From Octopus vulgaris (taxonomy: Eukaryota), in contig OX597818.1 in NCBI GenBank assembly GCA_951406725.2, positions 142,352,001-142,416,000 on the forward strand: DNA of 64,000 bases, given 5' to 3'. This document shows positions 1 to 12,664 of the stretch, in pieces. The position numbers were made by a program, and so were the translations under genes. Numbering within the stretch: position 1 is the first letter of the stretch; each line of letters begins with the position of its first letter. The notes under the pieces are model-generated. The model made no database searches and was not told the origin of the DNA. It saw nothing but the letters and a program-made list of their open reading frames with translations.

Positions 1-19
1 TTAGCCTGCTAAAATAATG

Positions 20-460
20 GGAACATATAGGCAGTCAAGGATAACTGGTAAATCAATAAGACATCATGGCGATTTGTTGGTCAAACAGTCAACAGTACGT
101 CACAATACAAACATTGTGCTCTGTCCATGGAATACAACACTTTCTAGTGTAGACCACGAGGCCATAAATAGATACAGCTTGCTGGTGGAAGCAAAAGAAG
201 CTTTATTTAAGTGGTGTCAATTTTGTAGGCATATAGGGCTCAGTTCAAATCAGGCAATGGTCCAGAGGTAGTGAGCTCTATCAGTTAAACTTATTCCCTA
301 AAGGAACAGGTTCTGCTAGGTTGGCTACTGTGTAAGGGATGGCTTATCCAGTAAGAACTTAGCTAGATATAATTACTACTGAAAAAGGAATGATTTGTTA
401 TTGATGCTTCTTGTATAAAGAAGGGGATATCAATGTCAACAGCATTTTTAAGGGCCTCCT
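20..460 (-). pseudogene. Possible highly decayed Penelope-like reverse transcriptase remnant
   Basis: Frameshifted minus-strand reading near 410-445 gives LLT/DI/SLYK, resembling the PLE RT motif LVTLDVxSLYTNI. The rest is too degraded to align by eye. Confidence 0.25.
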
Positions 461-1169
461 CTAACTGGAGGAATTGCAGTAATATGAACCTTACAATCTA
501 CATCTCTTAACACCGAAATATAATTTTTCTTTATAGCCACAACTTTTGTGCCACTTGCACAGGATTCAATCAGCTACAAGTATTCTAATAGAAAGCAGAA
601 AATATATTCATGCTATACATTCACTACAAGGTTAATGTGGTTAAAGATTTCAAGGAATTTGATGCAAATTAGTATTTGGAGTAAGAATAACCCCTAAAGA
701 AATTAGTTTTAGGGTGGAAAGACTGAACAGAACGCTAATGTAATTAAAAGCACATAGACACTTGTATCCTATATCAGAACATAGAACATAGGAAAACAAA
801 CGCAATCTGATTTAACACCTCCCTCCACTAATGTAATTATCATCATGACTATAGTGAGGAATCCTATATTTCTTGCAAGCGTTACTTTCTACCAACACAC
901 AAATACTATAAGGTCTTTAGTGTGCATTAGTATTAAGGTTAGTAATTCATGCCAAGACAATATCACTTCCAGCATCACACACCACAATCAAAAACATACA
1001 GGAGTGCTGTATTCAGCATCAATCACATGACCCAGTGGTAGCCAGAGAAACCACATGGAGCTTATGCTAATAACTTCCAAGTGATGTTAAATCAGCCTCT
1101 ATATACCTTCAAGTCTGAGAATGAGGAGAATTCCACTTCTCAGTCTCACTTAATCAGGAAACACAGGGA

Positions 1170-1500
1170 CTAATACTTTGGTCATGAATGACCATGGGAT
1201 TGAACCCAGAAAATTACTCTCCAAAACATATGTCCAGGCAAGTTTATTTATGAAAGACCAGCAGTTGCCCAAGCATACCAGCCTCCTCTCTCCACACCAC
1301 TGATTTTATCCAAGAGAAAGGCAAAGGCCAATACAGATTGGCACCAGTGGTGTCACAACTCATTTCTACAGCTGAGTGAACTGGAGCAATGTGAAATGAA
1401 ATATCTTGATCAAGAACACAACACACAGCCCAGTCTAGGAATTGAACTCCCTACCTCATGATTGTGAGCCCAACGCTCTAACTACTGAATCATGTGCCAT
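1170..1500 (-). mobile_element. tRNA-headed SINE (family E), diverged
   Basis: Minus strand has an A/B-box-like head (cagtagttagagc...gagttcaattcc), then gtgttcttgatcaagatatttcatttcacattgctccagttcactcagctg, which is shared with copies at 10.3, 18.0, 24.8 and 48 kb. Confidence 0.75.
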
Positions 1501-1521
1501 CACTAAAACATCTGAAAAATT

Positions 1522-1905
1522 GTGGAAGCACTCCGTCGGTTACGACGATGAGGGTTCCGGTTGATCGGAATCAACGGAACAGCCTGCTTATGAAATTAAC
1601 GTGTAAGTGGCTGAACACTCCACAGACACGTGCACCCTTAACGTAGTTCTCGGGGATATTCAGCGTGACACAGAGAGTGACAAGGCCGGCCCCTTGAAAT
1701 ACAGGTACAACAGAAACAGGAAGTAAGAGTGAGAGAAAGTTGTGGTGAAAGAGTACAGCAGGGATCACCACCACCCCCTGCCGGAGCCTCGTGGAGCTTT
1801 AGGTGTTTTCGCTCAATAAACACTCACAACGCCCGGTCTGGGAATCGAAACCGCGATCCTATGACTGTGAGTCCGCTACCCTAACCACTGGGCCATTGCG
1901 CCTCC
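1522..1905 (-). mobile_element. Full-length young tRNA-derived SINE (family C) with 14-bp TSD
   Basis: Head GGAGGCGCAATGGCCCAGTGGTTAGG...GGTTTCGATTCC (Pol III A/B boxes). CpG-rich. Perfect direct repeat acatctgaaaaatt at 1508-1521 and 1906-1919. Confidence 0.9.
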
Positions 1906-2319
1906 ACATCTGAAAAATTACACATATAATAGATGAGTGTGAGTAAAACTGAGTAGCGAATGAGTGAATCACCAGCTATTCTTGGCGACTGAAATATGAT
2001 TAATAATTTTCACTCTACTAATAGTATAGATTCCTTCCATCAGTAAATGTTTGCTGATACCTACAATCTTTTTTTTTATTGATTAACTACTAAATATTAC
2101 ATACTTACACACAGACACACACTTACATACACATGAGGGGGAGTGTTTGAGTGTGTGTGTGTTCACATTAGTTCTTTTGCGTACATGTATGTGTACATGT
2201 GGTCTCATGTCCATAAGAAAAACACAAACACACTCACATTCATTTGCATATTTATAAGTAAGCATATTTACATATCTATGTAGTTGTTTATATATTATCA
2301 TCATTATTACTCTTGAGCC

Positions 2320-3745
2320 ACTACTATACAAACTGGAGGCATTAAGAGGCATCTTGTATGACCTAGGATATGGGAGATGCATGTCAGCATATGCTGACAA
2401 CATCACCCTAGTGGTGTCAGATCATAAGCACATAGAAAGGATCAGGATCACTCTCAGGGACTACAAAGCAATTTTAGGAGCAACAATTAACTAGAGAAAA
2501 TCAGTGGGCTTGCAGCTCAGCATCTGGAGAAGCAAATCCTTGCCGTCGAACTGTGTCGTTGGATGCTGGACGGACGGACTGATTGAATTGCTTGGGAATT
2601 GATTCAGTCCAGACTTCCAGATGGACAAAACCTGGGATGAGGTAATGATCAGAGTGACTACTCTCACCTAGAAATGGACCAAGAGAAAGCTATCCCTGAA
2701 AGGTCAGGCAGAGGTGGCTAATGCTTATATCGTGTCCATCATCTACTATCGCTTGACCATCATGCCTTGTCATGGCCACTGTTTGATTATGCTGGAGCAT
2801 ATACTCCTCCGCTTCTTGTGGAAGGAACATGTCCCAATAGTCAGGCGGTGTATCTGCTATCAACACTCACTGAGTGGTGGCCTGGCCATGCTGTGGTTGA
2901 TGATGCACAGTCAGGCACTGAAGCTATGATATCTCCAGTGCTTCCTTGATGGTGAAAAGGTGTGGTTGCCATTCACCAGACACATATTTCCACAACTAGT
3001 TTCTTTAATGGAGCTACAGTCCTGGATAAAACAGAGACAGAGGGGGAGCATTTGGAAAGTGGAATGTCTTCAAGTGCTCACAGCCCTCAGCTAATCGGAC
3101 ACTGTGATAAATGGAATGCTTTTTATAGAGGATTAGTGGAGGAAAAAGTGCAATGATGTTCTAGGGGAGACCTTAGACTTCAAAGAAGATCAACTAGCTG
3201 CTCTTTCCCAGAGAACTTTTGACCTGGGACCGATGGATAATTTCCAAAAACCTCTGGTTTGGCAGAGAAGGAAAAGCTGTGTTTATATGCCTGGTGGCAA
3301 TGGTGAAAGAGGTTGTATGGTGGATGAGGTTGAAAGGGCTGAAGACAAACACTTTTCTCTTTGGACAAACCCTAATCAACTTCTTCAGTTTCACTTGTAA
3401 AAGAAAACAAGGGTAGAGAGGGATGTGTTGTCACCTAGCCAATTTGCTGAAAGGTGGATGAAAGGGGTGAGAACGGTGTGGGTGAATAGGCCTGAGCATA
3501 TGCCTGTGGTTGACCAAAAAAAAAAATAGAAAGGAAAAAGGCACCTGCCTTAAAAATCAGGGTTTTTCCATGAGCAGCCCTTGAATATCTATTGAGGATT
3601 ACACATTGATTTTTTAAAAAATTTTGTTGGTCTTGTTTACATTCAAAACCCTCACAACACACACACACATACACACACATTCTTTATTTTGTCCTGTACT
3701 GGTCCATAATGTTTTTCTTAATGTAAACCCTTGTGGCTAATAAAG
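2320..3745 (+). mobile_element. 5'-truncated, internally deleted Tx1/L1-clade LINE remnant (RT, C-terminus, 3' UTR)
   Basis: Plus-strand translation SAYADNITLVV (2390, YADD-like)...GATIN*RKS...KWTKRKLSLKGQAEVANAYIVSIIYYRL. C-terminal ORF 3219-3416. AATAAAG end at 3745. Contains in-frame stops. Confidence 0.8.
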
Positions 3746-4274
3746 TCGTCGTCGTCATCGCCGCCGCCATCACCGTCGTCGTCGTGTGTGTGTGTGTATG
3801 AGTCAGTGTTTGTATATGTATGCGAGTGAGAGAGAAAAAGTGTGTGTGCGTATATGTTAGTGGGTCAGTGAGTATGTATATGTGTATGTTTGTCTATGAG
3901 TGCGTAGGGGAAGAGATAGTAAAGAGAAAGAGAGATGTGGGCATGTTTACACACACACACACACACACACACAATAACATGCCAGTTATTGTTAGCAGTA
4001 TTGTTAAGACAATCACTGGGGCTCCAGTTATAAACATCTTGTCTTTTCAAGAATATCTTGGAATACTTCTTCCATGCCCTTCCTTCTTTCAAGACAGTAG
4101 GGTATACTTTGAAGGAAATATGGCTGTTATTTTTCATAGGTAAGCTATCATATAGAGGCTACTTTAAAGGCAGTATTTATGTATGTGTATGTGTGTGCAT
4201 ATAGTTTACAAACAGGCATGCATACATGTGTGTGTATGTAGTACACATACATACCTATTTCTGAGTGTGTGTAT

Positions 4275-4315
<41 letters not shown>

Positions 4316-4732
4316 GGTGCAGGAGTGGCTGTGTGGTAAGTAGCTTGTTTACCAACCACATGGTTCTGGGTTCAGTCCCACTGCATGGCACCTTGAGCAA
4401 GTGTCTTCTACTATAGCCTCGGGCCGACCAAAGCCTTGTGAGTGAATTTGGTAGACGGAAGCTGAAGGGAGCCCGTCGTATATATGTGTATATATATATA
4501 TATATATGCGTGTGTGTGTTTGTGTGTCTGTGTTTGTCCCCCTAGCATTGCTTGACAACCGATGCTGGTGTGTTTACGTTCCCGTCACTTAGCGGTTCGG
4601 CAAAAAGAGACCGATAAAATAAGTACTGGGCTTACAAAAAGAATAAGTCCCAGGGTCGAGTTGCTCGACTAAAGGCGGTGCTCCAGCATGACCGCAGTCA
4701 AATGACTGAAACAAGTAAAAGAGTAAAAGAGT
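4316..4732 (+). mobile_element. SINE family A (tRNA head, CORE-like domain, internal (TA)/(TG), AAAGAGT tail)
   Basis: A box TGGCTGTGTGG, B box GGTTCAGTCCC, CORE-like ccttgagcaagtgtctt. More than 12 near-identical copies or fragments in the window. Confidence 0.9.
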
Positions 4733-4736
4733 ATAT

Positions 4737-5082
4737 ATTTGAGTGTGATTGTTACCAGCGTCGCCTTACTGGCACTTGTCCCGGTGACATCTGAAAAAAC
4801 ATTCAAGCGAGGTCGTTGCTCGTGCCGCTGGACTGGCTCCTGTGTAGGTGGCACATAAAAAACACCGTTGCCAGTACTGCCTGACTGGCCCTCATGCCGG
4901 TGGCACATAAAAGCACCCACTACACTCTCGGAGTGGTTGGCATTAGGAAGGGCATCCAGCTGTAGAAACTCTGCCAGATCAAGATTGGAGCCTGGTGCAG
5001 TCATCTGGTTCTCCAGTCCTCAGTCAAATCGTCCAACCCAAGCTAGCATGGAAAGCAGACGTTAAACGGTGATGATGATGAT
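4737..5082 (+). mobile_element. Retroposon family F with RTE-like 3' end and (GAT)n tail
   Basis: Internal repeated ggtggcacataaaa, motif ggttggcattaggaagggcatccagc, and end ccaacccaagctagcatggaaagcagacgttaaacg(gat)n. Other copies near 21.9, 27.2, 34.1, 35.0, 43.3, 44.5 and 51.9 kb. Confidence 0.8.
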
Positions 5083-5084
5083 TA

Positions 5085-5115
<31 letters not shown>

Positions 5116-5573
5116 CAGTATATGGTAGTATTTATGATGCATGGCTACACACTTACATACTTGTGCTTATCATGTGTGAATATACACCTATATAGTTCAG
5201 TGTATATGATGTGTTTATATATACATGCATCAATGCTTATGAGGTGTGTACATATATATACCTCTATATGTCTCAGCAAATATAATGTTTGTGTGTATAC
5301 ATATATGTTAGTGTTTATGGTGTATGTTAATATAAATGTAGGTAAATGTGATTATCTAATAATAACATTTTACTTAGTAAGGATGGGTAAGAGGTGAAGA
5401 TATTCAACAAAGCAGGTCATATCTACTTTTAGAGGACTCAAGCCCTTATTTGCACTATCTGAGGAACAGTATTCCAGCTTGATTACCATCTGTTTGAAAA
5501 CCCAACCCATTATAACAGAGAAAAAAAGAGGTAAAGTGTTTGCATTCAAAACATCGTCATCATTATTACCATA

Positions 5574-5610
<37 letters not shown>

Positions 5611-5614
5611 TAAT

Positions 5615-5930
5615 GAGGGCACAAGGCCTAGTGGTTATGGTGTTGCATTCATGATCATGATATCATGGTTTCAATTCTTAGACTGGGTGTTCTTGAATAA
5701 AGCACTTCATTTCACTTTGCTCTGCAATCACTTGATACCTGACATGTTCAATCACTCGACACCTGACATCTTCAATCACCTGATACCATCACCTGTTCAG
5801 ACAATGTCAATTTGATGGAGAGAGTGAACTAATGTGTGGCACGAACATTTGATCACTATAAACAAATCATTTGTGCTGGTCATTCAGCAAAAGCTGAACA
5901 CGCATACGCCATCTTCAACGGGAGAGTCCG
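5615..5930 (+). mobile_element. tRNA-headed SINE with D/E-type head and a different body
   Basis: gagggcacaaggcctagtggtta...ggtttcaattc head. Flanked by (TAC)n on both sides. Confidence 0.6.
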
Positions 5931-6659
5931 TGACTACTACTACTACTACTACTACTATCATTAAAATGGTAAGTTGGTAGAATCACAAGCACACTAGACA
6001 AAATGCTTAGCAGTGTTTCTTCCAGTGTATATTCTGAGGTCAAATTCCATCGAGGTCAACTTTATCTTTCAGTACCATTTGAGGAAAGGGGTCTATTAAG
6101 TTAGTACCAGTCAAGTACTGGGGTCAGTGTAATTGATTAGTCCGCTTCCCCAAAATTTCAGGCCCTTATGCCTATAGAAGAAAAGATTAAATCAGAACAA
6201 TTATATTTGTCCCTCAACTATTTAATATCAAATTATAAAAATAAATATTGGTGGTCATTCATGAGACAATGAAACTTTTGTATTGTATCAAGAACTCTTT
6301 TAAACAAAGAATTTACAGCCAAATTGCCTTCAAGTTTTGCCAATGTCTTAAAATTTTTGTAGATCACAACCTTGAGTATCACAGCTGAGCATTTGAACTG
6401 AAGTTTCTTAGCTTAGCAAAGGACATAAAGCTGTAGATTTGCCTTCCTTGACAACTTATATAAATGCACAAAGTTATCAAAACTATAATCAATGTCTTGA
6501 AAGTATAATAACCTGAAAGAATAGTAACCAGAGTAAGAATAGGGAAGAAAAGTTCAAGGAGTTAGTTATTACTTCTTCTAGAACTAAAAAGACCCTCTCT
6601 CTCTCTCTTTCTCTCTCTCTCCCCTTCCTCCCTCCTTCTCTGAGCATAGAATAAATTAC

Positions 6660-7130
6660 ATGAGGTTTGTGTATGAAGTGTGAAGTTGCATAACAGCAAC
6701 AATGAACATTGAGTACAGAGAATATGTGAAGGTTGGAAAGAAATGAGCAAGCATGCTCCAGGATGTCAGGGTGTGTAATGTTAAAATGCGTAAACAAGGG
6801 ATTAAAAAAAAAAATACAAGATAAAAACTGGGTTTAAAGAGGAATCAAATGTAAACCATAAGGGAAAAGACTGCACTGTTATGGACATTTGATGTGTATA
6901 GACATTGACAATCAAGTAAAGAAATGCCAAGCGAACCAAATGAAAGGAATCTGTGGTGAAGAAAACCAAGGAAGACATGGGCAGAAGTGTAAAAGCTGAT
7001 TTCAAGAGGCTAATCTTTTGTTGAGGAGATAACAAAATTCTGCAACAAGTAGTAAGGTACTTTGCTGGTGAAAACCTGCCTGATCCGTCTAAACATGGAA
7101 AAATGCAAACAGAAAATGGTAGTGATCATC
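6660..7130 (+). mobile_element. Decayed RTE LINE 3' end
   Basis: Translates to a GRPRKTW-like motif (aaaccaaggaagacatgggca, ~6963) and ends in a family-F-like tail (catggaaaaatgcaaac). Confidence 0.55.
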
Positions 7131-7218
7131 AGTATTAAAAATTTATATGATGAGGAAAAGACAATATTAGCTTAATTACTAAACTATATTACACATTATA
7201 GCATGACTAGTATAGCGT

Positions 7219-7643
7219 ACTCTTTTACTCTTTTTTTTACTCTTTTACTTGTTTCAGTCGTTTGACTGTGGCCATGCTGGAGCACCACCTTTAGTCGAGC
7301 AAATCGACCCCAGGATTTATTTTTTGTAAGTCTAGTACTTATTCTATCAGTCTCTTTTGCCGAACCGCTAAGTTACGGAGCACATAAACACACCAGCATC
7401 GGTTGTCAAGTGATGTTGGGGGGACAAACACAGACACACAAATATACACACACACACACATACATATATATATATGTACATATATACAATGGGCTTTTAT
7501 CTGTTTCCGTCTACCAAATCCACTCACGAGGCTTTTGTTGGCCCAAGTAGAAGACACTTTCCCAAGGTGCCACACAGTGGAACTGAACCCAGAACCATGT
7601 GGTTGGTAAGCAAGCTACTTACCACACAGCCACTCCTATGCCT
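7219..7643 (-). mobile_element. SINE family A
   Basis: Reverse complement of 4316-4732. Confidence 0.9.
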
Positions 7644-7679
7644 ATAAACCTTTTAGCAATTGGGAGCCTATATTCAGTA

Positions 7680-7850
7680 GACTTAGGATCAAGGGTGTTC
7701 TAGCTACAGCCATTTCATTTTTTTCTATATCAGAGACTACACTGTGTCATTAGTGTCTTCCCTATTTTTAAAATGGTAGGGTGAGATTTGGAGAAGATTT
7801 AACTACTATTTCTTGTAGGTTGAGCAACTGTATAGAGGATTCCCATTGCA
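7680..7850 (+). repeat. Old dispersed repeat family G (unclassified)
   Basis: gatcaagggtgttctagct...aaatggtagggtgagatttggagaagattt...ctatttct. Related copies at ~11.5(-), 12.0(-), 13.9, 23.2(-), 31.4, 39.1 and 40.8(-) kb. Confidence 0.6.
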
Positions 7851-9547
7851 CTATTTATTTTTAACCACAGAGCCATGCCTGGAACCTTTCATCCAAATCT
7901 ATGATTTCCCCACATGTGCCCCCACACAACACCACACATTTTGATTCCTCCTCACCAGACAAGACAATGGCCTCTCTGCTATATCTAGTTCTTTCAAAGC
8001 AGTTGCAACTTTTATGAAGCATTTATTATTTCATTACCTTCAGGGTGAACTCGTGATAGCAACAACAATGGCAACAATAATTTGCAATCACTTGGACTAT
8101 ATCCATGTTAAATGAATAACCATTCCTTGTTGATAGATTCCTTAGTTTCCCTGTTCCTCTTTCATTGCTATAACTTGATCTTGTCACCTCACAATATTGA
8201 TCACCTCTCCCCTTAAGACCTTTGCAGGCAATTGCCTTAAATTTTCTGTTTTGTTCTGAATTCCCTCAAGATTTTTCCAATCTCACAGAGAACTACTTGA
8301 AGAAATAAATAAACAAGGAAAACCAACAAAGAAAAAAGAAAAAAAAGCAACTAAAATGGAAGAAATTTTCAATAAGGAAAGAAATGGCAAAAATATGATA
8401 TGAAAAGTAAGTAAAAGGATAAAATGAAGAGGGGAAAAAACAGAAAAAATAGTAACTAAAAAAGAAATTGCTTTAAGTGAAAGAAAGAAGAGGAATTATG
8501 GGAAAATAGAGATAAACATCTCATTCATTCATTTTACATGGTTCATTCAATAGAAAATGGAAAATACTTGTATTTTTGAGAATTTTTTTCCCTTGAATTG
8601 CACCAAAATATCAAGAATTCTTCAAAACATGAGTAATGCAGTAAAAAAAAGGGAATTAAGAAATCCTTAAACATATGGTTCCTTACTTGATATATATATA
8701 TATATATATATATATACAGCTAGTTGTCACTCTCAAGAGAGTATGACCATGTATGAGTATGATACTTTTGTTAACTGTTTTAGGTGTCAATGTAGTTGCA
8801 AGCAGGCAGACAAACTCTTGACCTGCTACCATTGACCCAGCAGAACATCCAGGATATGGTGGCTAAAGAGACAGAGAGCTGCACCAGCACTCAGCACGTA
8901 AGGTATTCTTCACTAGTCGTGTTACCTGGTCCAGGAATTGAACTCATGATCATATGATCACGAACCAAACACCCTAACCATTAGGCCACACATCTCCACC
9001 ATGTTTTATAGAAACACACACACACACATATTTGCTAGTTTTTGTCATTGTACTGTTAAGTGACATAAAATATGATGAAGCATTTCGTTCAATGGTTTAG
9101 TGATTCTGTAAATCCACCATCCTTGAATCCTAAAATACTGGTTTCAAATTTAGTACAAGGCCTGCAATTTTAAGGAAGGGCATATGTCAATTGCATCATC
9201 CATAGTGCTCAACTGGTACTTATTTTATCAACCCCAAAAGAACACAAAGGCCAGGTCGACCTCAGCAGAATTTGAACTCAGAACAAAAAGATGGATGAAA
9301 TGCTACTTAGCATTTTGCCCAGTGCACAAACAATTCAGTTAGTTTGCTGCCTTGAATGAATCTAAGATATTATAAAAGACAAAATCAATAGTATAAGTGT
9401 ACAGAAATAGAAGCATGAAGAAGAGAATTGTTTAAAGTAACAAATAAGAACCTCCTATCTCTCTTCCAAAGATTTCATGACCTTACTCTTCCTTCTATCA
9501 ACAATCTCCTCACCTTCCTCTCCCTCTACCAACAACCTCATCATCTA

Positions 9548-9928
9548 TCTTATTTCTTTATTGCCCACAAGGGGCTAAACATAGAGGGAGCAAACAAGGA
9601 CAGACAAAGGGATTAAGTTGATTATATTGACCCCGAAAAGATAAAAGGCAAAGTCAACCTTAGCGGAATTTGAACTCTGAACGTAACAGCAGACGAAATA
9701 CCTATTTCTTTACTACCCACAAGGGGCTAAACACAGAGGGGACAAACAAGGACAGACAAATGGATTAAGTCGATTACATCGACCCCAGTGCGTAACTGGT
9801 ACTTAATTTATCGAGCCTGAAAGGATGAAAGGCAAAGTCGACTTCAGCGGAATTTGAACTCAGAACATAACAGCAGACGAAATACCGCAAAGCATTTCAC
9901 CCGGCATGTTAACGGTTCTGCCAGCTCT
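9548..9928 (-). mobile_element. Dimeric SINE family B
   Basis: Two tandem copies of the body gagttcaaattcc...gactttgcctttcatcctttc...ccccttgtggg, joined by gaaataggtatttcgtctg. Confidence 0.85.
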
Positions 9929-10279
9929 ACCATCATCATGACCTACCTATCTAGAATGACTTCATGACCCTCTTATCTTTCTACTCGTGATCTCAATACT
10001 AGTTTCAAGGTTAACTGGACTTAAGAAGCTTTGGATTGACAGGGTAACTACTTGAGGTGGATGTCGAAACAAAGAGAGATTTAGGAAGAAATGGTTAAAG
10101 GGAATTGAACAGATAAGGCATAAGACATAAGGTAGAAGACACATGGGGAGATGAGTTGCTGCATTGGGGAGAGTCTCTGCATAGTCATTAAACCTGTTAG
10201 CAATGACCATCAAATCTCCATCATAGTACAACTTACCATCTTAAAAAAAGATACATTAATCAATGTATTCTCTGATATG

Positions 10280-10535
10280 GTGGAGGCACATGGCTTAGTG
10301 GTTAGGGTGTCAGCATCATGATCGTAAAATTGTGGTTTCGATTCCTGGACCGGGCAATGCGTTGTGTTCTTGAGCAAAACACTTCATTTCACATTGCTCC
10401 AGTCCGCTCAGCTGGCAAAAATGAGTAACGCTGAGATGGACTGGTGTCCCGTCCAGCTGGGGAACACATACGCCATGGAAGCTGAGAAACCAGGCCCATG
10501 AGCCTGGCTAGGCTTTAAAAAGGTGCATTTATTAT
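10280..10535 (+). mobile_element. tRNA-derived SINE family D
   Basis: Head ggaggcacatggcttagtggttaggg...ggtttcgattcc and V-domain-like gatggactggtgtcccgtccag. Second copy at 47913-48163 (-). Confidence 0.85.
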
Positions 10536-10763
10536 TTATTTTTATTCTCTGATACACAAAATGAGGATCATGACTGCTTTCTCACTCAGAGCAAACCCGT
10601 GGCTAAACAGCAACAATAGTAACATGGAAAGATATATTGCAAGCACATCTACTTCACATGAGAATACAAAGTTTTTAGGGTTACAATAAACACTGGATAA
10701 TATCAACAATTACAACAATGGCCATACATAAACCAGTAAAGGGAACCGCTACACAATACTTAA

Positions 10764-11130
10764 TATTTTAGCATTTTGACTGGATAAATTCAGCCAAAAA
10801 TATTCTATCAGTTTTATGTTCAAACCAGTTTGATCTGGCCTCCCATCCCTTACTCTTCAATGTCATTCTAAAACTAAACACTCACATCTTTGAAATACTC
10901 TTTACTCTTTACTTTTTTACTTGTTTCAGTCATTTGACTGTGGCCATGCGGGAGCACCACCCTTAGTCGAGCAAATCGACTCCAGGACTTATTCTTTGTA
11001 AGCCTAGTATTTATTCTATTGGACTTTTTGCCGAACCGCTAAGTTACGGGGATGTAAACACACCAGCATTGGTTGTCAAGCAATGCTGGGGGGACAAACA
11101 CAGACACAGAAACATATACACACACACACG

Positions 11131-11172
<42 letters not shown>

Positions 11173-11433
11173 TACAACAGGCTTCTTTCAGTTTCTATCT
11201 ACCAAATCCACTCACAAGGCTTTGGTCGGACCGAGGCTATAGTAGAAGACACTTGCCCAAGGTGCCACACCAGTGGGACTGAACTCAGAACCATGTGGTT
11301 CGTAAGCAAGCTATTTACCACACAGCCACTCCTGCGCCTATAATCTTGAATCAACAACATAATGCACAGTTAATTCAAAACAATGGAAATAAATAAGCCT
11401 TACATTTGACAAAGTAATCTAAATGCTAAAGGA
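10764..11433. mobile_element. piggyBac-like TTAA MITE interrupted by a SINE A (10896-11339, -)
   Basis: Ends ttaa|tattttagcatt and aatgctaaagga|ttaa. Both halves match the uninterrupted copy at 16896-17117. Confidence 0.7.
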
Positions 11434-12189
11434 TTAACCTGTAAGAAATAGTGGCCAAATCTGTCACAATTTCAATCTAACATCTTCAATGAGGAAGGAA
11501 CATAGTTAATACAGTTATACATAACTCTTTACTTGACAGGATGGTCTAGGGTGGAATGCTTTTGATCATAAATCTGTTGAGTGTTAGGGTTGATCTGGAG
11601 CTTAACGACAATAATAAAAATCATAGGAAACAAATTATTGATGGGGTTTCTACATAGACACTTAACAACAATAGTAAGAAAGATAATGATGATGATGATG
11701 ATGATGTCAATGATGAAGACAACAAAAACAGCATCAATGATGATGACGACAATACTGACGCTGACAGTGTAAATGATACAATATCAATAATGATGATGAC
11801 ATGACAGCAACCAAGACGATGGTAACAATGCCAATGATGATGATGATGATGATGTAAATTATGATGTTGTAAATGATGATGTTAACGATGATGATGATGA
11901 TGATGATTTTATTTCTAAGTGTTCATTGCTTACAGAGAATATGAACACATCAGTAAAATAACAGCCAAATCATTCTCAAATCATACTCTATTGCCTTAAA
12001 AAAAGGAAGGATACATTGGATAATAAAGTTCTAAGCACACTATGCCTCAGGGAGGTAAAAAGATGGAATGGTCAAGATTGGAAAGCTTTTAATTATAGAT
12101 CTTCTCAAGCAAGGTTGTCCTGGAGCAAAACAACAACAAAACTTAATAGACAAGCAACACACCCACCCAATACTATTTGTAATACTAAA

Positions 12190-12190
<1 letters not shown>

Positions 12191-12241
<51 letters not shown>

Positions 12242-12341
12242 GTTGTTGTTGTTGTTATTATTGTTGTTGTTATTATTATTACTATTATTATTATTACTAT
12301 TATCATTATTATTATTATTGTTGTTGTTGTTGTTGTTGTTG

Positions 12342-12373
<32 letters not shown>
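12191..12373. repeat. Compound (TTA)n/(TTG)n microsatellite
   Basis: Directly visible. Source of the poly-Y/C, poly-I/T and poly-N ORFs. Confidence 0.97.
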
Positions 12374-12375
<2 letters not shown>

Positions 12376-12664
12376 GATTGTAAGGTGGTAAGGTGGCAGA
12401 ATTGTTAACATGCTGGACGACATGCTTGGCAGCATTTAATCCATCTTCATGTTCTGGGTTCAAGTTCTGCCAAGGTTGACTTTGCCTTTCATCCTTTCTG
12501 GGTTGATAAAATAAGTGCCATTTGTGTACTGGGGTCGATGTATTACTCACCACCCTCCCTACCCTGAAATTACTAGCCTTGCACCAAAAATTGAAACCCT
12601 TGTGATTATCATTATTATCATTAAGGCAGTAAGTTGGCAGAATTGCTTAGTGAGCTGGGCAAAA

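Noticed and set aside
4316-4390. tRNA genes
   Set aside because: A/B boxes belong to SINE heads and continue into repeat bodies; no complete cloverleaf.
4349-4558. Recurrent peptides MSSNARGTNTD.../...DTCPRCHAVGLNPEPCGW that look like a gene family
   Set aside because: Antisense translations of SINE A copies.
10225-10245. Strong minus-strand splice donor ATG/GTAAGT
   Set aside because: Lies within a family G-like repeat (aagatggtag motif), and ORF 9962-10231 is unrecognisable.
12016-12553. ORFs with poly-Y/C, poly-I/T, poly-I/V and poly-N
   Set aside because: Translations of the (TTA)/(TTG) microsatellite.
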